A stretch of DNA of 64,000 bases from Ferruginibacter sp. Its GTDB lineage: Bacteria > Bacteroidota > Bacteroidia > Chitinophagales > Chitinophagaceae. Below, piece by piece: positions 37,955-48,327 of the stretch. Location: the NCBI GenBank assembly GCA_031411955.1, contig JANOCC010000038.1, positions 21,370 through 85,369 on the forward strand, in the 5' to 3' direction. A model generated the notes under the pieces. The model made no database searches. It was not told the DNA's origin and saw only the letters and a program-made list of their open reading frames with translations. Position 1 is the first letter of the stretch, and the number at the start of each line of letters is the position of its first letter. The position numbers and the translations under genes were made by a program.

Positions 37955-40321
37955 TTATCCTTTTCTTTTGTCTTCGCCAGAGTAATAAGAATAACCATAT
38001 TTACTCTTGTAATAGTAATAGCCATATTTATTTCCGAAGTAGCCTTTGTTCCTTACACCATTAAACACGAGTGCAATGCTTTTAAATATCTTCCTGTCGT
38101 TCCATTCATTTATCTCCTGCACCTGTTCTTTTACAGTTTGCTGAAAGCGAGTAACGATCAGCGTTACATCTGCCCATTGTCCTAATATCTGGGCATCTGC
38201 CACAATTCCAAATGGCGGTGTATCAATGATCACTACTTCGTAATTGTTATCCAGGTGAGTTTTAATTTTCTCTACAAATTCGCCGGAAATAAGTTCCTGC
38301 GGGTTTGGCGGGATGGCACCTGCCGGAAAGAAATCAAACGCCTCTGTGTCATCTTTTCCTATATGTGTAACAATATCTTTTATACCTGTTTTACCAATCA
38401 GTACACTGGTTAAGCCTGGCTTTTCTGCGCTCAGTCCCAATGCCTTTGTGATCTTCGGGCGGCGAAGATCAAACTCAAGTAAAGCTACTTTTTTACCCTG
38501 CATGGCATAACTCTTTGCAAGATTCATACTAAGGAAAGACTTTCCTTCACCACTTACGCTGGATGTGATCAGTATAAAGTTGGTTTGCTTACCGGCGTTG
38601 GTGTAAAAATTAATATTAGTTCTTAAGGCCCTTATCTGTTCTCCAAACATACTACGTTGCGTACCATCCAGCACGAAGGGTAATTTTTCAATATTGTCGG
38701 CCTGGGCAAGTTCTGCTATCACTGGAATGTTGGTCATAGACTGCAATTGCCGTTTTGAAATGATCTTACGGTTCATCACTTCTTTAATAATGGCATAGAT
38801 GAGCGGCAGTAAAAATCCTATCAGTACTGCTGCTGCCAATACTTTGCTTCTGGAAGGCTGAAGAGTTGCGTTGAGCTTCACAGGCGGATAAAGCACTTTT
38901 GTATTAACCGTAACAGAAGCTTTTGCGATAGATGCTTCCTCTCTTTTTTGCAATAACGTTAAATAAAGTGATTCCTTAATATTTTGTAAACGGGTTTTAT
39001 CGATAAGTTCCTTTTCCTGTCCGGGAGTACTTCTTAAGTATCCACTTGCTTCTGCCGAATTGGCTCTGTAGGTTGCTTCCGCGATGGCGAGATTGCTTTT
39101 GTAGTTGGCTACCTGCTTGTCCATGTTGCTCCTCATATCTGCCAGGTTCTGGTCTATCAGTTTTACGGCAGGATTATTATCGGTAGCCGTTAGCGCCAGT
39201 TTTTCGCGCTGCTGCATCATTAAAATATATTGCTGTAAGGTTCCCTGCAAACCGGGGTTACTGATACCAACAAATGAAAGGTCTGTTTCTTTTAGGTTAG
39301 GATTCTTTATAAAAGCTTCCAGTTGATTAATGGTAGAACGCTGGATAGTGATATCTACTAACTGCTTATCGTAATCCTGCATTTTTTGCAGGTACATTTC
39401 ACCGTTAGCCGACATACCAACGATGCCCCTGGATGATTTAAAATTAGCAAGTGCATTTTCAATTGAATCCAGTTCTCTTCCTAAAGGCGCCATTCTTTGT
39501 TCAATAAATTTGATCGCCTGGGAAAATGTCAGCGATTTGTCGCGTTCCATTATATCGATGTTCAGTTTTATCAAACCATTTAAGATGTCGATGGCTCTTT
39601 CACTTGATACATCCGAATAACTGATGGTGATAATATTGCTTTCTTTGCTGGTAGTGATACCAATGCCCTTACTCATGGAGAATGCTGCTGCCAGTATATT
39701 GCGGCTAAAACAATAGACTGGTGTTTGGCTGGTAAATTCTTCCAGTTTCATCACCACTACACTACGGCCTTTCAGGTTAAACGGCACAGCCCATTGTGCC
39801 TTTCCTTCAATAGAATCTGCTTTAAATCGAAAACCATCTTTCTCGGGCATGATGGAAAAATTCATTTCAGGAATATCTTCACCGGGATATTTTTTTATGA
39901 TATACCATTTAATTATTCCGTAAAAATCTTTGTTCTTAAATCTTCCCTGTGCCTGTGCATTATATTGTAAACCGAGGCTATCAACCAATAACGAAGTAAG
40001 CGTTGGCGACTTAAAGAATGCTATTTTATCATTAAAAGGATCACGTGTTGTACCAAAAAGTGCCTGGCCAATAGATACTTCTTTTGTTTCTTCAATACTA
40101 ATACTGGTTGTTACAGAATAAACAGTATTGGCATACCTCAAATAAAGCATTCCGGCAATATAACCAAGCACCGCAAATAAAACAATGAAAGGCCATACTG
40201 ATATCACCCTGCGGAAATCGATATCTATTGAGTTAGTGCTCAATTTTACCGGCGGGGCAACTTCTTTATCAGTTGCATTCATATTCTTATTTTCCCAAAC
40301 ATTAAAATCTTCTTTGCTCAT
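37955..40321 (-). CDS. wzc: Polysaccharide co-polymerase / tyrosine autokinase (Wzc, PCP-2a)
   Basis: A Wzz/GumC-like periplasmic domain lies between two TM segments. Walker A is SSVSGEGKS. The C-terminal tyrosine cluster reads YGYYYYKSKYGYSYYSGE. Confidence 0.9.
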   Translation of the reverse strand: MSKEDFNVWENKNMNATDKEVAPPVKLSTNSIDIDFRRVISVWPFIVLFAVLGYIAGMLYLRYANTVYSVTTSISIEETKEVSIGQALFGTTRDPFNDKIAFFKSPTLTSLLVDSLGLQYNAQAQGRFKNKDFYGIIKWYIIKKYPGEDIPEMNFSIMPEKDGFRFKADSIEGKAQWAVPFNLKGRSVVVMKLEEFTSQTPVYCFSRNILAAAFSMSKGIGITTSKESNIITISYSDVSSERAIDILNGLIKLNIDIMERDKSLTFSQAIKFIEQRMAPLGRELDSIENALANFKSSRGIVGMSANGEMYLQKMQDYDKQLVDITIQRSTINQLEAFIKNPNLKETDLSFVGISNPGLQGTLQQYILMMQQREKLALTATDNNPAVKLIDQNLADMRSNMDKQVANYKSNLAIAEATYRANSAEASGYLRSTPGQEKELIDKTRLQNIKESLYLTLLQKREEASIAKASVTVNTKVLYPPVKLNATLQPSRSKVLAAAVLIGFLLPLIYAIIKEVMNRKIISKRQLQSMTNIPVIAELAQADNIEKLPFVLDGTQRSMFGEQIRALRTNINFYTNAGKQTNFILITSSVSGEGKSFLSMNLAKSYAMQGKKVALLEFDLRRPKITKALGLSAEKPGLTSVLIGKTGIKDIVTHIGKDDTEAFDFFPAGAIPPNPQELISGEFVEKIKTHLDNNYEVVIIDTPPFGIVADAQILGQWADVTLIVTRFQQTVKEQVQEINEWNDRKIFKSIALVFNGVRNKGYFGNKYGYYYYKSKYGYSYYSGEDKRKG

Positions 40322-40324
40322 TCT

Positions 40325-41086
40325 CTATAGATTTCTTAAAGCGATAAAAAGTGTAAGTACCGCAGCTGAGATAGTTAAGATATTTCTGCCGGGGCTATTT
40401 GCACTTAGGAACGAACTGAATTTTCCTGGCTGCAAATAAATAAGATCGTTGTTCTGAAGGTAAAAGTAGGGCGATTGAAAAATACTCTTGCTGTTGAGGT
40501 TCAGTTTGGTGTAAATGCGTTCTCCATTTTTTTCTCTTACCAGCCATACATCATTCTTCTTATCATAGGGATCTTGTAAACCAGACTGGGTGATGGCTTC
40601 AAAAATTGTTAGTCGTTCGTTTACCATTGGTATCGGCGTACCGGTACGGCCATTCATAAAATAAACCTGCCCGCGCAGGTTCACATTTACAAATAAGTCC
40701 TTATAATAAAACGAAAGCTTTTCTTTTATAACAGCGGCGGCTTCAACAGTAGAAAGGCCGCCTACCTCTACCTGTCCTAATAAAGGAAATTCGATTTTAC
40801 CCGTATTGTTTACCAGATAACCGGTGTTGGTTTGCTGGCTGGAAGTTCCCGAACTCTGAACATTAAACGGATTAAGGTAAGCCGTAAGGGCCGGATCGGT
40901 AGAACTTACAGTAATGGCAAGCCTGTCATTCTTCTGGATCTTTTGCGCCGAAACCTGGCTAACAGTATCCAGCGTATCCTTACCAGGAACCTTATCATTA
41001 AAGTAATATAACCGGTTGGAAGAAACACATGCATTAAGAGATACCAGGAATACCAGTACAACTAATGGAGTAAATATTTTTGACAT
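40325..41086 (-). CDS. wza: Outer-membrane polysaccharide export lipoprotein (Wza/OPX family)
   Basis: Lipobox LNAC, Poly_export and SLBB-like segments, and a C-terminal TM helix. It sits immediately upstream of wzc with a 3-nt gap. Confidence 0.85.
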   Translation of the reverse strand: MSKIFTPLVVLVFLVSLNACVSSNRLYYFNDKVPGKDTLDTVSQVSAQKIQKNDRLAITVSSTDPALTAYLNPFNVQSSGTSSQQTNTGYLVNNTGKIEFPLLGQVEVGGLSTVEAAAVIKEKLSFYYKDLFVNVNLRGQVYFMNGRTGTPIPMVNERLTIFEAITQSGLQDPYDKKNDVWLVREKNGERIYTKLNLNSKSIFQSPYFYLQNNDLIYLQPGKFSSFLSANSPGRNILTISAAVLTLFIALRNL

Positions 41087-41835
41087 ATTTTAAGAAAGTT
41101 GCAAAGAAAATAAATTAATACTGTTTATTTATAAAGAAAAAGCCTGTTAAAGTAAAAAGGCTCGTATTCCTAAGCAGTTAATTTATATAATGCTGGTTAA
41201 AATTTATTTTTTTTAATAAAGAGCCTGCAATATAGGCATAAAAGCGCTCACTGCAGGCAGTTTTTGGCATTAAAAAGGGGACTTTATACAGATAAGTTAT
41301 TATATAAGTCAAAATGGCTTCGCCGCCCTCACTCACAGGTGTGGTTCTGCTATCAAATTCCTGGTTAAGGTAATATGTCCAGTAATCATATAGGTAGGTT
41401 AGCAAAGTGCGAATATAGATTTTTACTGTTAAGTCATCAGTTTGTTTCGGCAAAAATCTACATAATCATTTTAAATTATTGCAGAACATATATAAGCGGA
41501 GTTAATTTCAACTGCCAGGAATTGAAATGTTTGATGATAAGTTGGCATTTTTCGCCTCACGTAAATGTCTCGCTTGTAATAAAGGGAGGCAATTAACCTT
41601 CCATGCCCTATTCAGACTTGCCATGCTGGTGCAATTTACCTGCTGTTATCAGCACAACTATTCGATAGAATTTCAAAAACCGCCTTCGACATATTGCGAT
41701 TGACGCATCATTTGCCAGTATGATCTTCAAATCATGGATAGTGAGCCTGACAGTCTTTGGCATCATCGTTAAAGAACTTAAATTCCGTTTAACTGTGCCT
41801 GGTCTCATCAGGAAAGACAGATATTCTATTAATAC

Positions 41836-41857
41836 AGGTTTACGCCGGCGTAAACCT
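41836..41857 (-). terminator. Perfect 22-nt palindrome 10 nt after the pgk stop (possible terminator or protective hairpin; no strong U-tract)
   Basis: The sequence aggtttacgccggcgtaaacct. Confidence 0.45.
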
Positions 41858-41867
41858 CTCTTTTGAA

Positions 41868-43064
41868 TTACTTTTTTATTGCAGCAATGCCCGGCAATTC
41901 CTTTCCTTCAAAATATTCCAATAAAGCACCTCCACCAGTAGATACATAGCTAACTTTATCAGCAAGATCGAATTTGTTAACGGCCGCTACACTATCGCCA
42001 CCGCCTACCAGCGAAAACGCACCTTTTGAAGTAGCTTCAGCCACTGCCAGGGCAATTGATTTTGTACCGTTCTGAAATTTTTCCATTTCAAAAACTCCCA
42101 TGGGGCCATTCCATAAGATGGTTCGTGATTTATTGATGATCTCGCTGAAAATACCAATGGCTTTTCCTCCGATATCCAGACCCATCCAACCGGCCGGTAT
42201 CTGGTCGCTCGGACAATTTTTTGTTGATGCATCTGCAGCAAACTTATCTGCAATAACAGAATCTTCGGGCAGGTGAATGCTTACGCCTTTTTCTGTTGCT
42301 TTTTTTAATATTTCCAGGGCTGTATCCAGGCGATCATCTTCACAAAGAGAATTACCAATATTGCCACCTCTGGCTTTTAAAAAAGTATAGGCCATTCCAC
42401 CTCCGATGATGATATCAGTGGCCCGTTGGAGTAAATTCTCTATGATGAGGATCTTATCAGACACTTTGGCCCCACCAATGATGGCGGTGAAAGGCTTTTC
42501 TGCTGCATGTAAAACTTTTTCTGCGCTAATAACTTCTGCCTCCATCAACAACCCGAACATTTTTTTATTGGCATCAAAGAAATCAGCAATTACGGCTGTA
42601 GAGGCATGAGCACGGTGCGCCGTTCCAAATGCATCGTTTACATACACATCTGCCAGTTTACTTAATTTTTCTGCAAATGCCTTGTCGCCTTTTTCTTCTT
42701 CTTTATAAAAACGAAGATTTTCCAGTAATAACACTTCGCCTGCCTGCAATTTGGCAGCAGCCTCATTTGCCGCCTGGCCAATGCAATCATTTACAAAATA
42801 TACCTTGTTGCCGCCCAACAGTTCCTGCAAGTGTTTTACCAGGTGCTTTAGTGAATACTTATCTGTAGCACCGTCTTTTGGGCGGCCGAGATGGCTCATT
42901 AAAACAGCGCTGCCGCCATCATTCAGTATTTTTTTTATTGTTGGAATAGTGGCAGTCATTCTTGTATCATCGGTTATGTTGAACTGATCATCCAAAGGCA
43001 CATTAAAATCTACACGAACGAGGGCTTTTACTCCATTGAAATTAAAAGAGGCAAAATTTGACAT
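41868..43064 (-). CDS. pgk: Phosphoglycerate kinase
   Basis: 398 aa with [16 protein letters not shown]-like SHLGRPKDG and the C-terminal STGGGALLE. Confidence 0.95.
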   Translation of the reverse strand: MSNFASFNFNGVKALVRVDFNVPLDDQFNITDDTRMTATIPTIKKILNDGGSAVLMSHLGRPKDGATDKYSLKHLVKHLQELLGGNKVYFVNDCIGQAANEAAAKLQAGEVLLLENLRFYKEEEKGDKAFAEKLSKLADVYVNDAFGTAHRAHASTAVIADFFDANKKMFGLLMEAEVISAEKVLHAAEKPFTAIIGGAKVSDKILIIENLLQRATDIIIGGGMAYTFLKARGGNIGNSLCEDDRLDTALEILKKATEKGVSIHLPEDSVIADKFAADASTKNCPSDQIPAGWMGLDIGGKAIGIFSEIINKSRTILWNGPMGVFEMEKFQNGTKSIALAVAEATSKGAFSLVGGGDSVAAVNKFDLADKVSYVSTGGGALLEYFEGKELPGIAAIKK

Positions 43065-43118
43065 AAAAAATTTTTAAATAAACCGCGATTATGCGGAATC
43101 AAAGATATTTATATTATA

Positions 43119-43167
43119 ACAAAAAAACCGCAAAGACGCTACACTGTATTTGTTGCGCCCTTGCGGT
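43119..43167 (-). terminator. Rho-independent terminator after gap
   Basis: On the minus strand, aaccgcaag...ctttgcggtt is followed by tttttttg. Confidence 0.7.
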
Positions 43168-43247
43168 TAAAATTTAAAATATGGTATGCGGTACAAGTGA
43201 GTGACACAACGATGTTGCCATGAAAACCCACTGCTGGTGCAATTGAA

Positions 43248-44258
43248 TTATTTAATCAAACCTGCAAAGAAATGAACGGTACGCACCAGTTGGGAGGTGT
43301 AGCTCATTTCGTTGTCGTACCAACTAACAGTTTTCACCATTTGTTTATCGCCCATGGTCATTACTTTGGTTTGGGTAGCATCGAATAATGAACCGAATCG
43401 GATACCGATGACATCACTGCTTACAATTTCATCTTCGTTGTAACCAAAACTTTCGTTGCTGGCTGCTTTCATAGCTGCGTTAATAGCTTCAACAGTAGCA
43501 GGCTTTTCCAGGATGCTGTATAGTTCTGTAACAGAACCTGTAATAACCGGAACGCGTTGAGCGCCGCCATCCAGTTTGCCTTTCAGTTCGGGTAAAACCA
43601 ATCCGATCGCTTTTGCAGCACCAGTGCTGTTAGGAACAATATTGGCTGCTGCAGCCCTTGCACGGCGAAGGTCGCCCTTTGGATGCGGTGCATCAAGAGT
43701 ATTCTGATCATTTGTGTAAGCGTGAATGGTACTCATGATACCGGTTACGATGCCGAAAGTATCATTTAGTGTTTTAGCCATAGGTGCCAGGCAATTGGTG
43801 GTACAACTAGCGCAACTGATGATGGTTTCAGAGCCATCTAAGATGGAATGATTTACATTAAAAACTACTGTTTTCATATCGCCGGTACCTGGTGCAGATA
43901 TAACAACTCTTTTTGCACCTGCTGTTAAATGCGCCTCTGCTTTAGCTTTATCGGTAAAGAAACCTGTACTTTCAATCACCACGTCTACATCGTGCTGTGC
44001 CCATGGAATTTGTGCAGGGTCTTTTTGTGCATATATTTTCACTTCGTGCCCATTAACGATAATGGCATTTTCGGTGGAAGTAACTTCCTGTCCGAAACGC
44101 CCCTGGGCACTATCATACTTTAATAAATGAGCCAATACTGCTGGGCTTGTAAGGTCATTGATAGCCACTACATCGATACCTTTCATATCGTAGATCTGGC
44201 GAAAAACAAGGCGGCCTATGCGACCAAATCCGTTAATGGCAACTTTTACTGTACTCAT
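43248..44258 (-). CDS. gap: Type I glyceraldehyde-3-phosphate dehydrogenase
   Basis: INGFGRIGR and the active site SCTTNCLAP, in a 336-aa protein. Confidence 0.95.
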   Translation of the reverse strand: MSTVKVAINGFGRIGRLVFRQIYDMKGIDVVAINDLTSPAVLAHLLKYDSAQGRFGQEVTSTENAIIVNGHEVKIYAQKDPAQIPWAQHDVDVVIESTGFFTDKAKAEAHLTAGAKRVVISAPGTGDMKTVVFNVNHSILDGSETIISCASCTTNCLAPMAKTLNDTFGIVTGIMSTIHAYTNDQNTLDAPHPKGDLRRARAAAANIVPNSTGAAKAIGLVLPELKGKLDGGAQRVPVITGSVTELYSILEKPATVEAINAAMKAASNESFGYNEDEIVSSDVIGIRFGSLFDATQTKVMTMGDKQMVKTVSWYDNEMSYTSQLVRTVHFFAGLIK

Positions 44259-44427
44259 AATTAAAATTTGAACGTGTTTATTAATTTTTTTGCGTGGGCA
44301 AAATTACTGAATATGTATGATGTATGATGTATGATTTAGAATTTGCTTTCATATTTTAGGTTTTAGTATCATATATTAACCGGCTGCAAAGATTTTTTAA
44401 TTTACCCGGGGAATCTTCTTTAAAAAA

Positions 44428-44459
44428 TTTGGATACAAAAGTTCCTCTTGTTATCTTTG
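44428..44459 (+). promoter_or_regulatory. Candidate Bacteroidota sigma-A promoter for tRNA-Glu (-33 TTTG, -7 TAnnTTTG)
   Basis: TTTG at 44428-44431 and TATCTTTG at 44452-44459 are separated by a 20-nt spacer. The tRNA starts 19 nt after the -7 box ends. Confidence 0.4.
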
Positions 44460-44477
44460 CCGTCCTTTAAAAGAGAT

Positions 44478-44549
44478 GCCGTGTTGGTCAACCGGTTAAG
44501 ACGCCTCCCTTTCACGGAGGAATAACGGGTTCGATTCCCGTACATGGTA
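44478..44549 (+). tRNA. tRNA-Glu (anticodon UUC); CCA not encoded
   Basis: Folded by hand as a cloverleaf. The acceptor pairs gccgtgt with acatggt. The D-arm has A14 and G18G19. The anticodon stem cctcc/ggagg carries the loop cTTTCac. The variable loop is 4 nt. The T-arm is acggg-ttcgatt-cccgt. Confidence 0.85.
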
Positions 44550-44555
44550 CAAAAA

Positions 44556-44589
44556 AAGCCTTTTCAGCAATGAAGAGGCTTTTTTATTT
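44556..44589 (+). terminator. Rho-independent terminator after tRNA-Glu
   Basis: aagccttttca / gcaa / tgaagaggctt gives an 11-bp stem with one G-U pair, followed by ttttatttg. Confidence 0.75.
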
Positions 44590-44682
44590 GGCGTTGGTTT
44601 TGTGTATTTTCCTGTTTAATTTAGGCAATATGTCAGGCAATTCACAATCCCATTAGCTTTTCATATTCAGATATTATTTTCT

Positions 44683-46143
44683 ATGCAAAAAGATTTTACA
44701 GAAGCGGAGTTAAATAAGGTGATGGAACAAGCATGGCAGGCATTCGCCGTTTACAGCAAATTTAGTTTGAAACTGCGGGCTAATTTTATGCGGGAAATTG
44801 CTGTTGCAATTGCAGAATGCGGTAATGATTTAATTGAAACCGCCATGCGGGAAAGCCATTTAACCAGGGAGCGGCTGGAAACTGAAAGATCAAGAACGAT
44901 CTTCCAGTTGAATAGCTATGCAGATTATTGTGAAAGTGGCCAATGGATGGATATTAGAATTGATAAGGCCGATCATGAAAAAACTCCTCCAAAACCAGAC
45001 ATAAGGAAAATGATGGTAGCCTTAGGTCCGGTAGTTGTATTTGGAGCGGCTAATTTCCCCTTTGCCTACTCAACCGCCGGAGGTGATACGGCCTGTGCGC
45101 TGGCAGCAGGATGCCCGGTAATTGTTAAAGCACATCCGGGCCATGCTGAAACAAGTACCATGGTAGCAGCAGCAATACTGAAAGCGGCAGAAAAATGCCA
45201 GGTACCGGCTGGTACTTTTTCCCATGTTTTTGGTGCCTCCAGTGAAGTTGGCGAAACCCTGGTAAAGCATCCATTCACAAAAGCGGTAGGTTTTACGGGG
45301 TCGTATGCAGGAGGCAAACAATTATTTGATTGGGGCAATCAACGCAAAGTGCCTATTCCCGTGTTTGCTGAAATGAGCAGTGTGAACCCTGTGTTTCTGT
45401 TACCGGAAAAAATGACAGAAGCTGCTGCTGATATTGCAAAAATGTATGCTGCATCTATCACTTTAAGTGTAGGACAATTTTGTACTAACCCCGGGGTTAT
45501 TATTGGCCTGGATGGAGACGATCTGAATTTATTTATACGTAACCTGCAGGATGAAATTAAAAAAACCTCCCCTGCGGCTATGCTTAACAGTGGTATTTAT
45601 AAAAATTATCTTGAGCAAAAGGCAAAAGCGCTGTCGGTGAAAGAGGTTGCTGTAGTTTATGAAAACGACAGTGAGCAGAAAGATGTATCTGAGAGCGGGG
45701 AGACAGGCCTCGTAAGCCCGACCATTACAAGCACCCGTGCCCGCACATTTATAGACAACCCACTACTGCAGCGGGAAGTTTTTGGCCCTTACTCAATTAT
45801 AGTAAGTTGTGTTGACATACAAGAAATGGAATTGGTTGCCCAACAACTTGAAGGCCAATTAACCTGCACATTAATGGCTACGAATAGCGATATAAAAAAT
45901 AATGAAGCACTGGTAAATTTAGTACAGAATATTTGCGGTAGGTTTATTCTTAATGCTGTTCCTACAGGAGTAGAGGTTTGTTTAAGCATGCAACATGGCG
46001 GACCGTTTCCGGCTACAACAGACAGCAGGTTTACGGCGGTTGGTGCAGATGGGATCAGGCGATTTGCCAGGCCACTTGCTTTTCAAAACTGGCCGGAAGA
46101 ATTGTTGCCGGAACCGTTGCAAAAAATATTATTTACAAAGTAA
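44683..46143 (+). CDS. NAD(P)-dependent aldehyde dehydrogenase (alpha-ketoglutaric semialdehyde dehydrogenase-like)
   Basis: Catalytic Cys in VGQFCTNPG, general-base Glu in AEMSSVNP and GFTGS. The protein is 486 aa. Confidence 0.8.
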   Translation: MQKDFTEAELNKVMEQAWQAFAVYSKFSLKLRANFMREIAVAIAECGNDLIETAMRESHLTRERLETERSRTIFQLNSYADYCESGQWMDIRIDKADHEKTPPKPDIRKMMVALGPVVVFGAANFPFAYSTAGGDTACALAAGCPVIVKAHPGHAETSTMVAAAILKAAEKCQVPAGTFSHVFGASSEVGETLVKHPFTKAVGFTGSYAGGKQLFDWGNQRKVPIPVFAEMSSVNPVFLLPEKMTEAAADIAKMYAASITLSVGQFCTNPGVIIGLDGDDLNLFIRNLQDEIKKTSPAAMLNSGIYKNYLEQKAKALSVKEVAVVYENDSEQKDVSESGETGLVSPTITSTRARTFIDNPLLQREVFGPYSIIVSCVDIQEMELVAQQLEGQLTCTLMATNSDIKNNEALVNLVQNICGRFILNAVPTGVEVCLSMQHGGPFPATTDSRFTAVGADGIRRFARPLAFQNWPEELLPEPLQKILFTK

Positions 46144-46603
46144 ACCTCATTCCATATTTTTCTGTTGCTGTTGCATACATTGTTAGCTTTTCCTGAGACG
46201 GGGGAATTTCAAGAGCAGGCATGAAATCATGATTAAATGGAATAGCTATTTCATTAAAGAAATTCTCTAAACCGCCAGGCGTTACAATCAAAGTACAATG
46301 CATAATGGCAGAGCTAACTACAAAATGATGTGGCGTATTTCTACAAATAAAAACCGCATCGCCTTTATTTGCCTGAATAATTTCATTGCCGATAAAAAAG
46401 CAGGCTGTGCCATCATGAATAAGAAATGTTTTATCTTCTGCTTTGTTGCTATGCCGCGGTGCTTCTCCACCTGCGGACACACGTATATCGATCACAGATA
46501 ATAATCCATTTGTTTCCTTAGAAGTTAATCTAAATGACATCCAGCAGTTAGCAAATGCCCTGGTTCTATTTTTTATTGATGGCATAGTTAATGTTGTTAA
46601 CAT
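46133..46603 (-). CDS. Cupin-domain protein
   Basis: 156 aa with small beta-barrel spacing: G.....H.H-like segment GEAPRHSNKAEDKTFLIHDG...GDAVFICRNTPH. Confidence 0.55.
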   Translation of the reverse strand: MLTTLTMPSIKNRTRAFANCWMSFRLTSKETNGLLSVIDIRVSAGGEAPRHSNKAEDKTFLIHDGTACFFIGNEIIQANKGDAVFICRNTPHHFVVSSAIMHCTLIVTPGGLENFFNEIAIPFNHDFMPALEIPPSQEKLTMYATATEKYGMRFTL

Positions 46604-46863
46604 AAATCTTAATGTTTAAATGAATTCAATTTTGTGATAAAGCCTGGTAACCGGCTAAATCATTTGAGTTTTTTAAATTTTAACTTGTTGAAAGGAAAAA
46701 CACCTGGCGGTAGCTAATGGTTATTTTAAGATACAACACGCTAATATTCTTATGTGATGCAAAATAAACTCACGCAAATTTTATGGCAACAACAGGAAGT
46801 ACGAATTGAGCAATTCGTTTCATGAGATGGGTTAAATAATTGATCAGTGTTGTAAATTATAAG

Positions 46864-48168
46864 TCAGGCCAATTTCATTTTACTCATTACCTGTTCTGAT
46901 AAACTGAAGCGAAGCGTGATCAAAAAGGAAATTATGAAATAGGCAGCTAAATAATATTGTATAAATGGAATGAACGTTGATGCTTTAAACCAATCGTTAA
47001 AGTAAAACAAGATGCCAATTCCACCCGTACATTTAAGTAATTCCCATAGATAGGCATACCTGTTTTTGTCCATCATTTCGGTAAATGCATACACAAATAC
47101 AAATATAAATGCCCCATAAATAAATATTGCCGGCTTGCCTATGAATGCAATATTGCTAAACAGGTAACTTACAAACAACAAGAGCAGTAGCACTTGTACC
47201 CACGTGAATACAAGGAAGGGTTTAGAAAACGGGGTATCAAATTTTTCGAATGCGTACACATCATCTATTTTGTAAACAGGAAATTTTTGAGCAACATCAT
47301 TCGGACGCCATCCGGTAGGTTTATACCACAACTTTACTTTGTCTTTCCAGCTTTTTGTGTACCAGGCATCTTTTAAAAGTAAAAAAAGATGTTGAAAATT
47401 GATCCTGATAGGATTCCATGTTCTTACAGGACGGGTAATACCGTAAACAGCAGGCACATCTTTTAATTCTTCCTGGAATGTACCAAAAATTTTATCCCAA
47501 AAAATAAAGATCTGACCATAATTTTTATCAATGTATTCCTTATTAATTGCATGATGAACACGGTGATGTGATGGCGTTACAATGATCTTTTCAAGAAATC
47601 CCATTTTACCAATATGTTGTGTATGGTACCAGAACTGGGCAAACAAATGCAATGGTGCCACAACAGCAATTACCTGGGAAGGCACACCCAGCAATGCTGC
47701 CGGTATAAGTAAAATTACAAACAGGCGAACAAATACAGAAACGCTTTGGCGTAGCGCACAGGCTAAATTAAATTCTTCGCTGCTGTGATGAATGATATGG
47801 CTGTTCCAGAAAAAATTAACTCTATGGTCAAGTGCATGAACCAGGTAACCAGCCAGATCCAACACTACAAATGCCACTACATAAGTGATCCAACTTTCAC
47901 TAATATGCGTGATTGCGATCCTGTTTACAAGCCAATCGTAGGTGATCAATGCAATACTTAACCCTAACACATCTTTGGTAACATTGGTAACACCACTGCT
48001 AAGGCTACTGATCATATCCATACTCCTGACGGTATCCTTACCCTTTCGCCAGCCGTACCATTTTTCGAACAGTACCAGCAGCAAAAAAACAGGCATAGCG
48101 ATCAATAATATTTTGCCGTAGGCTTCCATGGTATAAAGTTGAAATAAGTTTGGGAAACTAACAAACAA
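46864..48168 (-). CDS. Fatty acid hydroxylase / sterol desaturase-family membrane di-iron oxygenase with an extra C-terminal polytopic domain
   Basis: Histidine boxes HALDH, HIIHH and HHRVHH, followed by ~130 extra aa containing about four TM segments. Confidence 0.75.
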   Translation of the reverse strand: MFVSFPNLFQLYTMEAYGKILLIAMPVFLLLVLFEKWYGWRKGKDTVRSMDMISSLSSGVTNVTKDVLGLSIALITYDWLVNRIAITHISESWITYVVAFVVLDLAGYLVHALDHRVNFFWNSHIIHHSSEEFNLACALRQSVSVFVRLFVILLIPAALLGVPSQVIAVVAPLHLFAQFWYHTQHIGKMGFLEKIIVTPSHHRVHHAINKEYIDKNYGQIFIFWDKIFGTFQEELKDVPAVYGITRPVRTWNPIRINFQHLFLLLKDAWYTKSWKDKVKLWYKPTGWRPNDVAQKFPVYKIDDVYAFEKFDTPFSKPFLVFTWVQVLLLLLFVSYLFSNIAFIGKPAIFIYGAFIFVFVYAFTEMMDKNRYAYLWELLKCTGGIGILFYFNDWFKASTFIPFIQYYLAAYFIISFLITLRFSLSEQVMSKMKLA

Positions 48169-48327
48169 TTAGTTGTTTAATAAGCCTAAGGTTTTGATGA
48201 TAAGCAAAAAAATCGTTTCTTTAGTTGCAATTGACAAAGGGGCAACTTTAAATAGAATTCGAAGTGCCGCTCGTTTTAATACGATACAAACCAGTGATCA
48301 CAGTTATCAACCAAAACAACTCTACCC

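Noticed and set aside
41178-41808. Minus-strand small ORFs of 91 aa (41178-41453) and 66 aa (41608-41808) upstream of wza, considered as a regulator or a transposase remnant
   Set aside because: I see no recognisable domain, HTH or catalytic motif. The only nearby hairpin is a weak 5-bp stem. They are left as unannotated leader sequence and mentioned under findings.
44314-44334. tgtatga x3 microsatellite upstream of gap
   Set aside because: It is only 21 nt in an A/T-rich promoter region, which is too short to interpret.
44478-46143. tRNA-Glu as an integration site for a genomic island
   Set aside because: No integrase, recombinase or phage gene follows the tRNA. I saw no duplicated copy of the tRNA 3' end downstream, and the flanking genes are ordinary metabolic genes.
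46133-46143. 11-nt convergent overlap of the aldehyde dehydrogenase and cupin gene 3' ends
   Set aside because: Short convergent overlaps are common, and no structure or motif is associated with this one.
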